From a virus (lineage: Duplodnaviria > Caudoviricetes): a DNA stretch of 64,000 nucleotides. The stretch spans positions 1 to 64,000 of the IMG/VR virus record IMGVR_UViG_3300012953_000012. One strand, written 5' to 3'. Below the pieces are notes generated by a model that was given only the letters and a program-made list of their open reading frames with translations, ran no database searches and was not told the origin of the DNA. Positions 9,251 through 18,635 of the stretch are shown in pieces (position 1 is the stretch's first letter; each line of letters starts with the position of its first letter). The position numbers and the translations under genes were made by a program.

Positions 9251-9970
9251 TTACCCCTCAGCAGCGCGGGTGCGTGCGAGCATCGCTGTTGCGCGTTGGA
9301 GGTCCTCCGGGGTGGCCGTCCCATCTTCGATACGGGACTCAATCTCTGCCAACTCGATGTCGTCCAGGTCACTGTCTTCTGGACCAGACTCGTCTTCGTC
9401 CACCGAAGGAAAGTCTTCCTCGTCGTCCTCTGTGGTGAGGGAAGTAAACCAATGCCCCTTTTCTACCGGGAGGGGCTCCTTGTCGTCTACTACAGCATCG
9501 TCGGCTTCGGTGGTGTGCGCCACCAGGTCAGGCTCCTGTTCGGTGGTCCAGGTGCTGCCCCAGTCCGGGAGGTCAGGATCACCCCCGAGAGCAGTGATCA
9601 TCTCTTTCCAGTCGTCGGCCTCTTGCCCGTGCATGACCTTGAGGCGGGTCTCGGGGTCGATGGAGGCCAACTCGATCCCGTACTGGTGGGTCACACCTTC
9701 GGGGATGGGGGCCAGGTGGAACTGCTTGTGGATCTCTTCCAGCATGTTGATCCGGCCTGACAGTAGATCGGCCTGCTGCTGGATCTGCTTCTGGATCACA
9801 ATCAAGGCGTCCCGCTCCCCCTGGACCGCACCCATGATCCCAGCCTGCTCGCACAACGCATCGATCTTTCGGTCACTTGCCCGCTGGGCTGCCGCAAACT
9901 GGTCCGGGAGCGTGTTCAGGGATTCGCGGTACTGCTTCAAAGCAGCCGTGATGAAATCGGCTTCGGTCAT
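9251..9970 (-). CDS. Hypothetical coiled-coil protein with acidic C-terminus
   Basis: AGGAG RBS then ATG 9970; 239 aa; heptad-like N-terminal half, D/E-rich tail. Confidence 0.75.
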   Translation of the reverse strand: MTEADFITAALKQYRESLNTLPDQFAAAQRASDRKIDALCEQAGIMGAVQGERDALIVIQKQIQQQADLLSGRINMLEEIHKQFHLAPIPEGVTHQYGIELASIDPETRLKVMHGQEADDWKEMITALGGDPDLPDWGSTWTTEQEPDLVAHTTEADDAVVDDKEPLPVEKGHWFTSLTTEDDEEDFPSVDEDESGPEDSDLDDIELAEIESRIEDGTATPEDLQRATAMLARTRAAEG

Positions 9971-10085
9971 GGGAAGTCTCCTTTCGGGGACTGTACCCCC
10001 AAAAAATGAAAAAACTTCGCCGAGCACTGTCCGCAGACCGGAACGGCGTGCGTCTGTACTGGTGTGACCACAAGGAGAGTCCCCC

Positions 10086-10556
10086 ATGCACGTTTCCATC
10101 CGCCCCCTCACCCGCCAGGACGTAGAGTCCGTCCTCTCTGCTCGCCGCGCTAACCGCGTCCGCACGCTCGCATTCGCTCGACAGGTGGGGATTACGCAAG
10201 TGATCAGGTGGCACGACTCTGGCCGCGCAGCAAAGGTCCACGCCCGCAAGGACAACATCTTGGTGGACCTGCTCTCATCGCCTCCTGAGGGCCGCCTTCG
10301 GGATGCTCTCGCCTTCTACCTCCCCATCGAGAAGGCCGAAAAGCAGGCGGGAGGCCCCGACTACTCCTCCGAGTACAGCCTGTTGCCCTGGCTGCTGCGT
10401 GTCGAGGCTCACCTGGAAGAGGGCCGCCTGGACCTTGCTTTCCTGGAACTGCACACCATGACCACGACGTTGGGTGATGCGGTCGTTCCAGACGGCTTGA
10501 ACCCGGCCAGTGACGAGTACATCGACGTGGAGGTCACGGCCAGCCCTTCGGCTTGA
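10086..10556 (+). CDS. Hypothetical protein (156 aa)
   Basis: AAGGAGAG RBS and coding-like codon usage; convergent overlap with the next gene. Confidence 0.7.
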   Translation: MHVSIRPLTRQDVESVLSARRANRVRTLAFARQVGITQVIRWHDSGRAAKVHARKDNILVDLLSSPPEGRLRDALAFYLPIEKAEKQAGGPDYSSEYSLLPWLLRVEAHLEEGRLDLAFLELHTMTTTLGDAVVPDGLNPASDEYIDVEVTASPSA

Positions 10557-11436
10557 TGAACGTGGCCCGGAGCCGGGCGGTGCCGCTTGATCCCGACTCG
10601 GCCTCGATGATGCGTCCTTGCTCGTCCACGATGATGGTGGCGTTGGTGTATGTCGCCGCTGTGACCCCGGTGTCCGTGAGTTTGACCTCCACCGTTGCGC
10701 CTGCACCACCGTCGTCGATCTCAATGCCCGTGCCTGCCTCCAGCGTCCGGGCATTGGGGAGGCTCGCGTCCGCCGACAAGGTGACGTACTCGGCGGTGTC
10801 TGGCGCACCCGCCCCATCCCCAGCCGTCTTGCCGATGTACCGGAAGCCGACGATCCAGGGATCAAAGGCCGCCGCGACGATGCCCGTCACGGTGTAGAAG
10901 TCCGACGAGATCAGCAGCAGTCCGTTGGCGTAGTTGAACGTCCACCCCACCGTCTTGTTCGCCCCTGTGCCAGTCTGGCCTTCGGTCGTCGTGACCAGGA
11001 TGCCTCCCGCATTGGGGTCACCGTTGTACAACTGGACGGCGTATCCGTTGCTCGGAGCGCCCGATGCCTGAGGGATCAACTGCGGCAGGAGCCAGTTTTT
11101 CATCTGGTCCGAGGAGGTGTCCCCTGGGGTCTCGTAGGTGGCATAGGTCGAGAAGTTCGTGCCAGGCACCAGGGTCATCTGGGTCGCCGCCGCCGTGTCG
11201 GAGAGGTCCTGAATCAGCGTTGGGTTGGCGGCGGCGTTGCTTCGGGCGGTAGCCAGGTTGCTGGCAGGCAGCCCACGGAGGGTTGCCATCTCCGTCCACA
11301 CCTGCTCGGAAGACAGGATGAAGGTGAACGGGAAGAAGACCTCGTACCAGACGGAGTTGGGGTTGGCGTCCACGACACCTGCCTGGAGGGCCTTCGCCGC
11401 GATGTTGATCCGTTCCAGTTGCGAGAAACCCATCAT
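10534..11436 (-). CDS. Virion fibre-like structural protein
   Basis: C-terminal motifs APDTAEYVTLSADASLPNARTLEAGTGI and TGVTAATYTNATIIVDEQGRII, typical of phage fibre shafts. Confidence 0.65.
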   Translation of the reverse strand: MMGFSQLERINIAAKALQAGVVDANPNSVWYEVFFPFTFILSSEQVWTEMATLRGLPASNLATARSNAAANPTLIQDLSDTAAATQMTLVPGTNFSTYATYETPGDTSSDQMKNWLLPQLIPQASGAPSNGYAVQLYNGDPNAGGILVTTTEGQTGTGANKTVGWTFNYANGLLLISSDFYTVTGIVAAAFDPWIVGFRYIGKTAGDGAGAPDTAEYVTLSADASLPNARTLEAGTGIEIDDGGAGATVEVKLTDTGVTAATYTNATIIVDEQGRIIEAESGSSGTARLRATFIKPKGWP

Positions 11437-11753
11437 TCACCCCCTGTCTCGGCCATGTACTGCCCGAGGACAGGCATGATCTCGTGCTCCGCAAGTCGGT
11501 AGACGCTGCGCGTGTGCAGCCCGGTCTGAACAGAGAGGGAGAAGACCCCTGTTGCCGCCTTGAACTTGGCTCGCATGGTCATGCACCCGGCGTACTCAGG
11601 CACCTTCTCCCACAGGGCCTTGGCGACGTACTTGAAGTCGTGATCTGACAGGGTGATCTCGTCCACGCGGCCCTCAGAGGTAGCGACCGAGAGCCGGACG
11701 GTCTGGACCTCTGTGTCTCTGGAGATGTGGAGGGTCTGGGTGAAGCGGGACAT
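11433..11753 (-). CDS. Hypothetical protein (106 aa)
   Basis: Coupled overlap with the downstream gene; AGAGG RBS. Confidence 0.65.
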   Translation of the reverse strand: MSRFTQTLHISRDTEVQTVRLSVATSEGRVDEITLSDHDFKYVAKALWEKVPEYAGCMTMRAKFKAATGVFSLSVQTGLHTRSVYRLAEHEIMPVLGQYMAETGGE

Positions 11754-11762
11754 GGGGACCTC

Positions 11763-13814
11763 TCAGATGAACGAAACGACGATGGAGTCAACTTGAATGG
11801 CGGGGTTCGCGATCTCGATCTCCATGAAGATGCCGTCCTCGCAGGAGAACCCTCCGAAGGTGATGTTGACGGTGTTTCCGCTGCTGGTGGCTTCTCGGAT
11901 GTAGGAGCCCGCCACGGTCGCGCCGTCATCGAACACAGCGAAGTTGTAGAGGCCCCCGTGAACCCGGAGAGGGTTCGCCCCTGGGCCGGTGCTTCCACCT
12001 GTGGCTGAGGCCACACGACGGACGTAGACCCGAAGGTCTTCGGCTGCCAGGTCGGTGGTGGCCGTCCCCAGGAAGGACCCTGCGAAGTTCAAGGTCATGG
12101 AGGAACGGTTCAACCCGCCCGTGTCCACGAAGGCACGGTAGTACGACACCGTGCCCCCAAGGGCCGTGTAGTCAGGTCCCCCTGCGGGGTTGTAGACGGA
12201 CCAGTCCGCCACAGGAGCCTGGTTGGGCACACATAGTTTCCCGTCGCAGACCATCGCCTCGCCGGGCACCAGGGTCGTGGCACTGTTCCAGTTGCCAGTC
12301 GTGGTGCCTCCGTTGTAGCCCGAGTCTTGCCGTCGAGCCTCGTCGTTGAAGTACTCGGCGGTGTTCGTGCTGCTTGTCCCGTAGGTATCCACCACCAGGG
12401 GGAACGCGGGGCTGGCGACTGTCACGCCCGATGACCAGGTGTCCCTGGCCTGTGCGGTCGCGACGAGGTTGTTCGCCAGAAGCCGGTAGTTGCTTCCAGT
12501 GAGCGCCCAGTCCGTCTTGGAGTAGGTGACCCCATCAACGGTGTTCACGTTCGTCCAGCCCGCGAAGTTGGCGGCCCCGGCCCCGAAGGGACACTGGTTC
12601 AACGTGGGGAGTCTGCCGCTGACCCCGGACGGGGTGATGCTGAGGTTGTTCGACGTCCGGGCTGTGTTCCGCATCAACTGGTCGATGCCTGTGACCCCAG
12701 TCGTGAATCGGCTCGCGGTCTGGTAGTAGATGACCCCGGACAAGTACCGGGTCACGGTCTGGCCTACAGTTTCTCCCACGGAGGTGAGCCCTCCGATGGA
12801 GGGTGTCGTCGGGTTGTCGTCGATGAACACGTCGCTCTGCGTGTAGGTGTATGGCCCCGTCCCATCGGTCACAGTGTCTGGGGTCATGGAGGCTTCGATG
12901 TGGTAGCGGCCTCCTTGCAGGCCGAGGCCCGTGAGGATGTCATCTGCGAACACGGCGATGGACATCGTGGCCTTCTGCCGAGCCGGGTAGTTGGGATCAT
13001 CGACCCCGTAGTTAGAGATCGTGACGATGATGAAGCCCGACGCTGAGGTGTGGGTCGCATCGCCGGTCAATGCTGGGGTCGTGTACGAGTCAATGACTGT
13101 GACCCCATCCGCGTCGTAGACGGAGACGCTGGCTGTGGCGTCCCCGCCGTAGCCCGTCGTGTCCCCGCCGGTCGTGAGCGCAGCAGCGGCGGCAAGTGTG
13201 GTGCTCTGGTTGGTTCCGGCCCAACCACCTGTCTTGAAGGGGACCCCCTCGCCCCCTGATGGGGTGGAGATGCGGGTCGTCGAGCGTGAGATGCCATCGG
13301 ATACGGACTGGTTGCCCGTGTCTCCGTCGCTGGTATTCCAGTGGGAGGCGTAGGTGGGGGGTGGCGGTGGGGGGAGTGGCGGGATGTAGACGGTAGCCAC
13401 ACCGCCCACATCGAGAACTTCAACATCGGCTCCGACGAAGTTGACGACGGTGAAGGTGCCGAGAGACACCCCCTCGTCCTGGATCTCAATGGCACCACTC
13501 CCAGAATCAAAAGGGTCAACCTCCTGCTCGACCACGATGTCCATGCCGGTCGCCGGGTCAACGCCGGTCATGACTCCGTAGATCTGGTCCGCTGGGGTCA
13601 GGGCTCCCGGAATCGTGAACGTGTAGGCGTACCTGCCGGGATCACCACCCACGGCGGACATGATTGTCCCAGCAGCCGCAAGGGACTGCTTTGCCCCTAC
13701 GTTGTCGAAGTAGAAGACCTCGATGGTGGACGAGGTCGGGGTGATGGGATCACCGTTCGCGTCCACATAGAGAACTGTGAACGTGAAGGGCTGCCCGATG
13801 ATGCCTTTGGCCAT
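11763..13814 (-). CDS. Putative virion structural protein (683 aa, T/G/S-rich, beta/Ig-like)
   Basis: IEIQDEGVSLGTFTVVNFVGADV motif, poly-Pro linker, beta-rich composition. Confidence 0.7.
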   Translation of the reverse strand: MAKGIIGQPFTFTVLYVDANGDPITPTSSTIEVFYFDNVGAKQSLAAAGTIMSAVGGDPGRYAYTFTIPGALTPADQIYGVMTGVDPATGMDIVVEQEVDPFDSGSGAIEIQDEGVSLGTFTVVNFVGADVEVLDVGGVATVYIPPLPPPPPPTYASHWNTSDGDTGNQSVSDGISRSTTRISTPSGGEGVPFKTGGWAGTNQSTTLAAAAALTTGGDTTGYGGDATASVSVYDADGVTVIDSYTTPALTGDATHTSASGFIIVTISNYGVDDPNYPARQKATMSIAVFADDILTGLGLQGGRYHIEASMTPDTVTDGTGPYTYTQSDVFIDDNPTTPSIGGLTSVGETVGQTVTRYLSGVIYYQTASRFTTGVTGIDQLMRNTARTSNNLSITPSGVSGRLPTLNQCPFGAGAANFAGWTNVNTVDGVTYSKTDWALTGSNYRLLANNLVATAQARDTWSSGVTVASPAFPLVVDTYGTSSTNTAEYFNDEARRQDSGYNGGTTTGNWNSATTLVPGEAMVCDGKLCVPNQAPVADWSVYNPAGGPDYTALGGTVSYYRAFVDTGGLNRSSMTLNFAGSFLGTATTDLAAEDLRVYVRRVASATGGSTGPGANPLRVHGGLYNFAVFDDGATVAGSYIREATSSGNTVNITFGGFSCEDGIFMEIEIANPAIQVDSIVVSFI

Positions 13815-13817
13815 CGG

Positions 13818-13979
13818 CTACCCCTCCTTCATGCGCTGGGCTTTCCACTCGTCTTCGGTCACCCACTTCTCCCCGTCCCACACCTTGCCGTCCTTCATGT
13901 CTCCGACTTCGGGGGACAAGGGGGGTGGGGTAACGGTTTGGGGCCGGGTCAAGCCGAGACTGGTCTTTGAGAACGCCAT
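13818..13979 (-). CDS. Small hypothetical protein (53 aa)
   Basis: GGAGG RBS then ATG 13979; GDMKDGKVWDGEKWV; directly behind a late-type motif. Confidence 0.7.
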   Translation of the reverse strand: MAFSKTSLGLTRPQTVTPPPLSPEVGDMKDGKVWDGEKWVTEDEWKAQRMKEG

Positions 13980-14005
13980 GGTCACCTCCGTACTACAGGG
14001 CGGCG

Positions 14006-14020
14006 ATAGGGGGGCCACCG
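14006..14020 (-). promoter_or_regulatory. Putative late promoter motif CGGT-N7-CTAT (minus strand)
   Basis: Plus strand atag gggggcc accg; points into the 13979 operon. Confidence 0.65.
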
Positions 14021-14040
14021 AAAAAACACCTTCCGGTGCC

Positions 14041-14055
14041 CGGTGGTGTGTCTAT
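14041..14055 (+). promoter_or_regulatory. Putative late promoter motif CGGT-N7-CTAT
   Basis: cggt ggtgtgt ctat, back to back with the minus-strand copy; upstream of 14184. Confidence 0.65.
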
Positions 14056-14183
14056 TCCACCTCCATAGGAGCGAGAGGTTGTCCTGTTCGTAGGGCCACC
14101 GTTCGTCCGGGCTTGCTTCCTTCGCTTAACGGGGCCTCTGTGCCCGCCGTGCTTTCACACACCTTCGTACAGGAGCCTCTACC

Positions 14184-16856
14184 ATGGCACTTCAAGACAA
14201 TAACCTCATGCTGCTGGACCTCGCTGATGGGTTCCCGCGCACCATCGACAACGCCAACGACACCATTCGTATTGGCGTTGACACCTCCTTCGCTGAGGAC
14301 GTTTCGGTCGGCGGAACCCTCACAGTCACGGGAGACATTATCTCCGGTGGCACGATGGACGTCGTCGTCACCGACAACTTCATCGACCTCTCCAACGGCC
14401 AGGTCAACGGCTCCAACAAGGCTGGTGGTCTGACGGTCAACGTCCAGTCCACCATCGCTCGCGTCAGCGCACAGAACGCTGTGTTCCAGAGCCAGGCCCA
14501 GGCCGCTGGTGCATTCGCTACTCTCAGCATCCCCGGCTTCGACCCCTCGACCGGTGGTGTCGGTGGTGCCACTCTTGCTGATGGCGACATCATCGAGATC
14601 GCTGGCGCTGCTGACCTCGCAGGAAACAACGGCCTGTTCGTCATCGAAGCCATCACCGCTGGTGCTGGTGGTCTGATCGAGATCAAGAACGCCCCACAGG
14701 TCCAGTCCCCCTGGGCGCAGACCAACTTTGAGGGCGGCACCGAGACGGCTGCTGGTGCCTCGTTCGCTCCCGCTGTGGACCTCGGCGTCTTCTGTATCTC
14801 CGATGGCGCTCTGCTCGACGTGGGCGGCAACGCGATCCCTGTCGGTCAGTTCGTGTCGGCCTTCAAGACCGAGGCCAAGATCAGCACCCTCGTCTACGAG
14901 GCTGCCGCCAACGTCTCCCTCCAGGAAGCGTACAACGTCGGACAGCAGATCCTCCTGGCCGATGCTCAGGGCAACCTGGACATCCGCACGGACGACACTG
15001 GCCCTCGCGCAGACTTCCTGCTCCAGAACCAGGCGGGCGCACAGACCTACCTCGCTACCTCCAACGGCAGCATCAAGGTCGGTGACGGCTCTCAGATCAA
15101 GGTCAACATGGCCGGTCAGGTCAGCAGCGACGTCGTCTTCGACGGTGTGGGTGCTCGGACCATCAGCCAGGCTGGTGCGAACCTCACCCTGGCCACGACG
15201 GGTGCGGCGAACACGCTCGTGTCTTCTGCCGGTCAGGTCAACCTCGACAGTGCTGATGCCAGCCGCTTCGCGATGGCTGCCAACGATGCCAACGCCAAGG
15301 CACTCGTGCTCATCGCCCAGAACGCTGGCCTCGGTCAGGGTAACCTGGCTCTCCAGGCTGACGACAAGATCACGTCTGCTTGTGTGGACCTGGAACTCGG
15401 CGCATCCACCAAGATCGACCTCAACTCGCAGGGTGCAGGCGCTTCGGCTCTCGTGCTCCAGGCCCCCAACGGCTCCGCGCAGGTGAACGCTGCCAACGGC
15501 GTCAACGTGACGGCGACCGGTGCTGGTGGTGCGGTGCAGATCGCCTCGCAGCAGGCTGGTGTGAACATCACGTCCAACAACGCCGACGTGGACATCGCGT
15601 CGTCGGGTACGGGCAAGGTGGACATCGACGGCGCGAACGGTGTGACCGTGAACGCCGCCGCTGGCGGTTTCCAGATCGAAGGCGCGGGTGCTCAGTGTGA
15701 TGTTCAGGCTGATTCTCAGAACCTTCGGGTTCGGACGATCACCTCGGGCAACCTGAACCTTGACGCTGCTGGCAACGTGTCCTCGACGGCTGCTACCAAC
15801 TGGGGCGCTACCGCCACTGCTGGTGACATGACCCTCCAGGCCGGTGCTGCTGGTTCGTTTGCGGCTGTCACCACCATGACCGTTCAGGGCGGTGGCAAGT
15901 TGACGCTGGCCTCGACCGCTACCGATGTTGACATCAACGCGGCCACCAGCCTCACCATGGATTCCGCCACCTCGATGGGCATCACCGCAGGCAACGGCCT
16001 GACGGCGACCGCTACCACTGGTGACGCCCAGATGATCGCCTCTGCCGCTGCGGCCAAGGCTGTCGTCCAGGCGACTCAGGGTGAAGCGGAAGTCCTCGGA
16101 GCGCAGGCTGTGATGGTTGCGTGCTCCGGGGGGTCGATTGATCTCGTGGCTCAGAACGCAGCCAGCAAGATCAACCTGACTTCAAGCGGTACGGCTGCTG
16201 ATGCTATCCACATCGACGCCTCCGCTGGTGGTCTGGAGATGGAGGCCAACAACGCGGTGTCGCTCGTGTCCGCTACGGGCAGCATCAACCTGGCTGCTGC
16301 TGCTGCCGGGCAGGATGTCGAGATCGACGCCAACGGTTCGTCGCACTTCAAGTTGGCGGGCGCTGCTGCGCTCCTGACTCTGGAGTCCACCAACGGTGGG
16401 CTGGCACTGAAGTCGGCGGCCAACGGCAAGATCGGGATCGACGGCTTCGTCGAAGTGGTCAACACCGAGTACGGTGCTGGCTACGAAGGTGTCGCCAAGA
16501 TCACCATCCCCGCTGGCTCGGTCGTCATGGCCGAGGTTGGTGGTGCTGACCTTGAGGTCAACCTCGCGGCTCGCACCAGTGCTGGTATCCCGGTCGGCTT
16601 CTCCGCTGCCGGTGCTGCCAACCCCAACGACCCGATCATGATCCACACGCTCCAGGGATACCCGGTCAAGACCGGCCTGGCTGTGAACGCGGGCGACGTC
16701 GGCAAGTTCCTGTACCTGGACGCCGCTGGTGCCATGACGCTCACCGTGCCTGTGGCTTCCGGTGACTACGTCTGGCGCATGGGTGCCATCGTCGGTCGCG
16801 CTGGCGGAAACGCTGTGCTCCTGTGGGCACCGCAGTTCATCGCCAAGCGTCCGTAG
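14184..16856 (+). CDS. Head fibre/decoration-like protein (890 aa, A/G/T-rich beta repeats)
   Basis: AGGAG RBS; long repetitive beta-strand region; C-terminal GKFLYLDAAGAMTLTVP...WRMG cement-like domain; followed by a terminator. Confidence 0.7.
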   Translation: MALQDNNLMLLDLADGFPRTIDNANDTIRIGVDTSFAEDVSVGGTLTVTGDIISGGTMDVVVTDNFIDLSNGQVNGSNKAGGLTVNVQSTIARVSAQNAVFQSQAQAAGAFATLSIPGFDPSTGGVGGATLADGDIIEIAGAADLAGNNGLFVIEAITAGAGGLIEIKNAPQVQSPWAQTNFEGGTETAAGASFAPAVDLGVFCISDGALLDVGGNAIPVGQFVSAFKTEAKISTLVYEAAANVSLQEAYNVGQQILLADAQGNLDIRTDDTGPRADFLLQNQAGAQTYLATSNGSIKVGDGSQIKVNMAGQVSSDVVFDGVGARTISQAGANLTLATTGAANTLVSSAGQVNLDSADASRFAMAANDANAKALVLIAQNAGLGQGNLALQADDKITSACVDLELGASTKIDLNSQGAGASALVLQAPNGSAQVNAANGVNVTATGAGGAVQIASQQAGVNITSNNADVDIASSGTGKVDIDGANGVTVNAAAGGFQIEGAGAQCDVQADSQNLRVRTITSGNLNLDAAGNVSSTAATNWGATATAGDMTLQAGAAGSFAAVTTMTVQGGGKLTLASTATDVDINAATSLTMDSATSMGITAGNGLTATATTGDAQMIASAAAAKAVVQATQGEAEVLGAQAVMVACSGGSIDLVAQNAASKINLTSSGTAADAIHIDASAGGLEMEANNAVSLVSATGSINLAAAAAGQDVEIDANGSSHFKLAGAAALLTLESTNGGLALKSAANGKIGIDGFVEVVNTEYGAGYEGVAKITIPAGSVVMAEVGGADLEVNLAARTSAGIPVGFSAAGAANPNDPIMIHTLQGYPVKTGLAVNAGDVGKFLYLDAAGAMTLTVPVASGDYVWRMGAIVGRAGGNAVLLWAPQFIAKRP

Positions 16857-16885
16857 TGATCTGAGGGTCTGACCCTCACTGTCAC

Positions 16886-16927
16886 GATGGCCTCCACCAG
16901 GATCCTGGTGGAGGCCATCTTCGTTTT
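16886..16927 (+). terminator. Intrinsic terminator
   Basis: Perfect 34-nt palindrome gatggcctccaccaggatcctggtggaggccatc plus TTCGTTTT. Confidence 0.88.
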
Positions 16928-16928
16928 G

Positions 16929-16943
16929 CGGTCATCTCTCTAT
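16929..16943 (+). promoter_or_regulatory. Putative late promoter motif CGGT-N7-CTAT
   Basis: cggt catctct ctat directly after a terminator, followed by GGGTA. Confidence 0.65.
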
Positions 16944-16974
16944 GCGGCGGGTAGGGTACGAACGGAGCAAAACC

Positions 16975-17577
16975 ATGGCACGAAAGCAAGAAGCCCTACA
17001 GGATCAGACCACCACTGTTGAGCGGCGTGTGTTCCTGGGCATCGGTGACGCCGTGCTTCGGTTGATCCACGTTGAGCGTATGTACGCGGACGGCGTGGAC
17101 CCCACACCTGAGTTGATCGCGGAGCGTAATCTCATCGTCCAGGCCCTGAACCAGCAGTACCAGTTGGACCTCGGTATGGACTGCGACATGGATGGCGTCC
17201 CAGACGTCATCGACCAGGATGTTTCGATGATCACCCATGCAGCGCAGACCTCTTGCTGCCGTATTCTCCCCGATGGGGACAAGGGAGGATCACGCAAGGC
17301 CCCTGAGTCACGGGTCGAACCGCTCCCTGAACCCACACCCCGGAAGAAGTCCCCCTCCCGCTCTGCGGCGGCGAAGAAGAAGAAGCGGACGGCGAAGAAG
17401 CCTGTCGAGGACCCCCCGAAGGCAAAGACCACCTCTCGCAAGGCCCCCTCCAAGAAGACCACATCACGCAAGAAGACCACATCACGCAAGGCGGCCACGC
17501 CTGTGAAGACCTCCACGAAGAAGGGGGGCGGGTTCCTGTCTTCCCTCTTCGGATCTGACGAGGAGAGTTCAGAATGA
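16975..17577 (+). CDS. Hypothetical protein with Lys-rich histone-H1-like C-terminus
   Basis: ATG 16975; DCDMDGVPD motif; KKTTSRK-type repeats; ends GFLSSLFG plus an acidic tail. Confidence 0.8.
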   Translation: MARKQEALQDQTTTVERRVFLGIGDAVLRLIHVERMYADGVDPTPELIAERNLIVQALNQQYQLDLGMDCDMDGVPDVIDQDVSMITHAAQTSCCRILPDGDKGGSRKAPESRVEPLPEPTPRKKSPSRSAAAKKKKRTAKKPVEDPPKAKTTSRKAPSKKTTSRKKTTSRKAATPVKTSTKKGGGFLSSLFGSDEESSE

Positions 17578-17897
17578 CCATGATCCTACTGCTGGCTGCC
17601 TACGGCATCACCTTCGGCCTCATGAACGACAAAGCGAAGGTCCTCACCGACCTCGCAAAGCGCCTCCCCGTGCTACGGGACGAGGACGATGACAACCTCT
17701 TTGCCCGGATGCTTGCCTGCGCGTACTGCACAGGATTCCATGCAGGATGGCTTGTGTGGTGCGTTGCGGTGCTACCTGAACATGTGGTGGCGGGTACGGT
17801 AGAGCCGTCCCTCGTAGGAGGCGTTGTCGCCTTCGCCTTCGCCTCCAGTGCTTTCTGCTACGGAGTGGACACCCTCATCCAATGGTTTGAGCGATAG
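17574..17897 (+). CDS. DUF1360-like membrane protein
   Basis: Hydrophobic helices with LACAYCTGFHAGW (CxxCxxF/W) signature. Confidence 0.6.
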   Translation: MTMILLLAAYGITFGLMNDKAKVLTDLAKRLPVLRDEDDDNLFARMLACAYCTGFHAGWLVWCVAVLPEHVVAGTVEPSLVGGVVAFAFASSAFCYGVDTLIQWFER

Positions 17898-17899
17898 CG

Positions 17900-18178
17900 A
17901 TGTCATCAACAAAGAATGTGTCGTGCCCAGTGGACACCCAAGGTGACTTTGGCTCCTATGCCAACGCCTTCCGCATCATGCAGGACGGCAACGACATCCT
18001 TCTGGACTTCTGTGTCTACTCGGAGCAGGACAACGCGGCGAAGATCGTGTCCCGCGTTCGGGTGCCGCCGACATTCCTCGGGGTGATCCTGTCCAGGCTC
18101 CAGGAAGCCTTGAACATCGATCACAGTCCCGACCAGGGCCGCCTCTATGTCATGCCTGAGATCAAGGGGGTGAACTGA
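17900..18178 (+). CDS. DUF3467-like small protein
   Basis: YANAFRIMQDGNDILLDF...SRVRVPP pattern. Confidence 0.5.
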   Translation: MSSTKNVSCPVDTQGDFGSYANAFRIMQDGNDILLDFCVYSEQDNAAKIVSRVRVPPTFLGVILSRLQEALNIDHSPDQGRLYVMPEIKGVN

Positions 18179-18594
18179 TGCCGATTGGCCGCCGCCCATC
18201 CGTGACCTCATCAGGAGGGGTTTTCGTGTTCCCCGACACGACGGCGAGCGGTGCCATCCGAGCCGGTGCTGCGGTAGCCCTCATAGATCTGGCGGGCGCT
18301 GCTCGCCTGGTCGAGTGTAGTGCCACCTCCAACCCTGGTGGGTTCCAGGGGTTCGCCACCGCGACGGTGGCTGACGGTGATCCTGTGGGGGTCATCACCC
18401 TACGAGGGTCGCTCGTGACCCCCATCCTTGAAGGAGGGGGAGCCTTGACGGCGGGACAGGCTCTGTTTCTGTCGGCTACTGCGGGAGAGGTCACCCATTC
18501 ACCCCCGGCATCTGGGTATGTCCTCCGTGTAGGGGAATCATTCACCACTACACAGATGTTCCTGAACACCGATGTCCGGGTCATTCGTCCGTAG
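18178..18594 (+). CDS. Capsid cement-like protein (DUF2190-like)
   Basis: ALTAGQALFLSATAGEVT...VLRVG resembles the C-terminus of the 14184 protein and cement folds. Confidence 0.5.
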   Translation: MPIGRRPSVTSSGGVFVFPDTTASGAIRAGAAVALIDLAGAARLVECSATSNPGGFQGFATATVADGDPVGVITLRGSLVTPILEGGGALTAGQALFLSATAGEVTHSPPASGYVLRVGESFTTTQMFLNTDVRVIRP

Positions 18595-18635
18595 TGGCGA
18601 GGCGCGGGTACAGTCCCCCCTACGGAGGAAGCAGT

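Noticed and set aside
13362-13381. G-rich run as a G-quadruplex or regulatory repeat
   Set aside because: It is the antisense of a poly-proline linker (PPLPPPPPP) in the 11763 protein.
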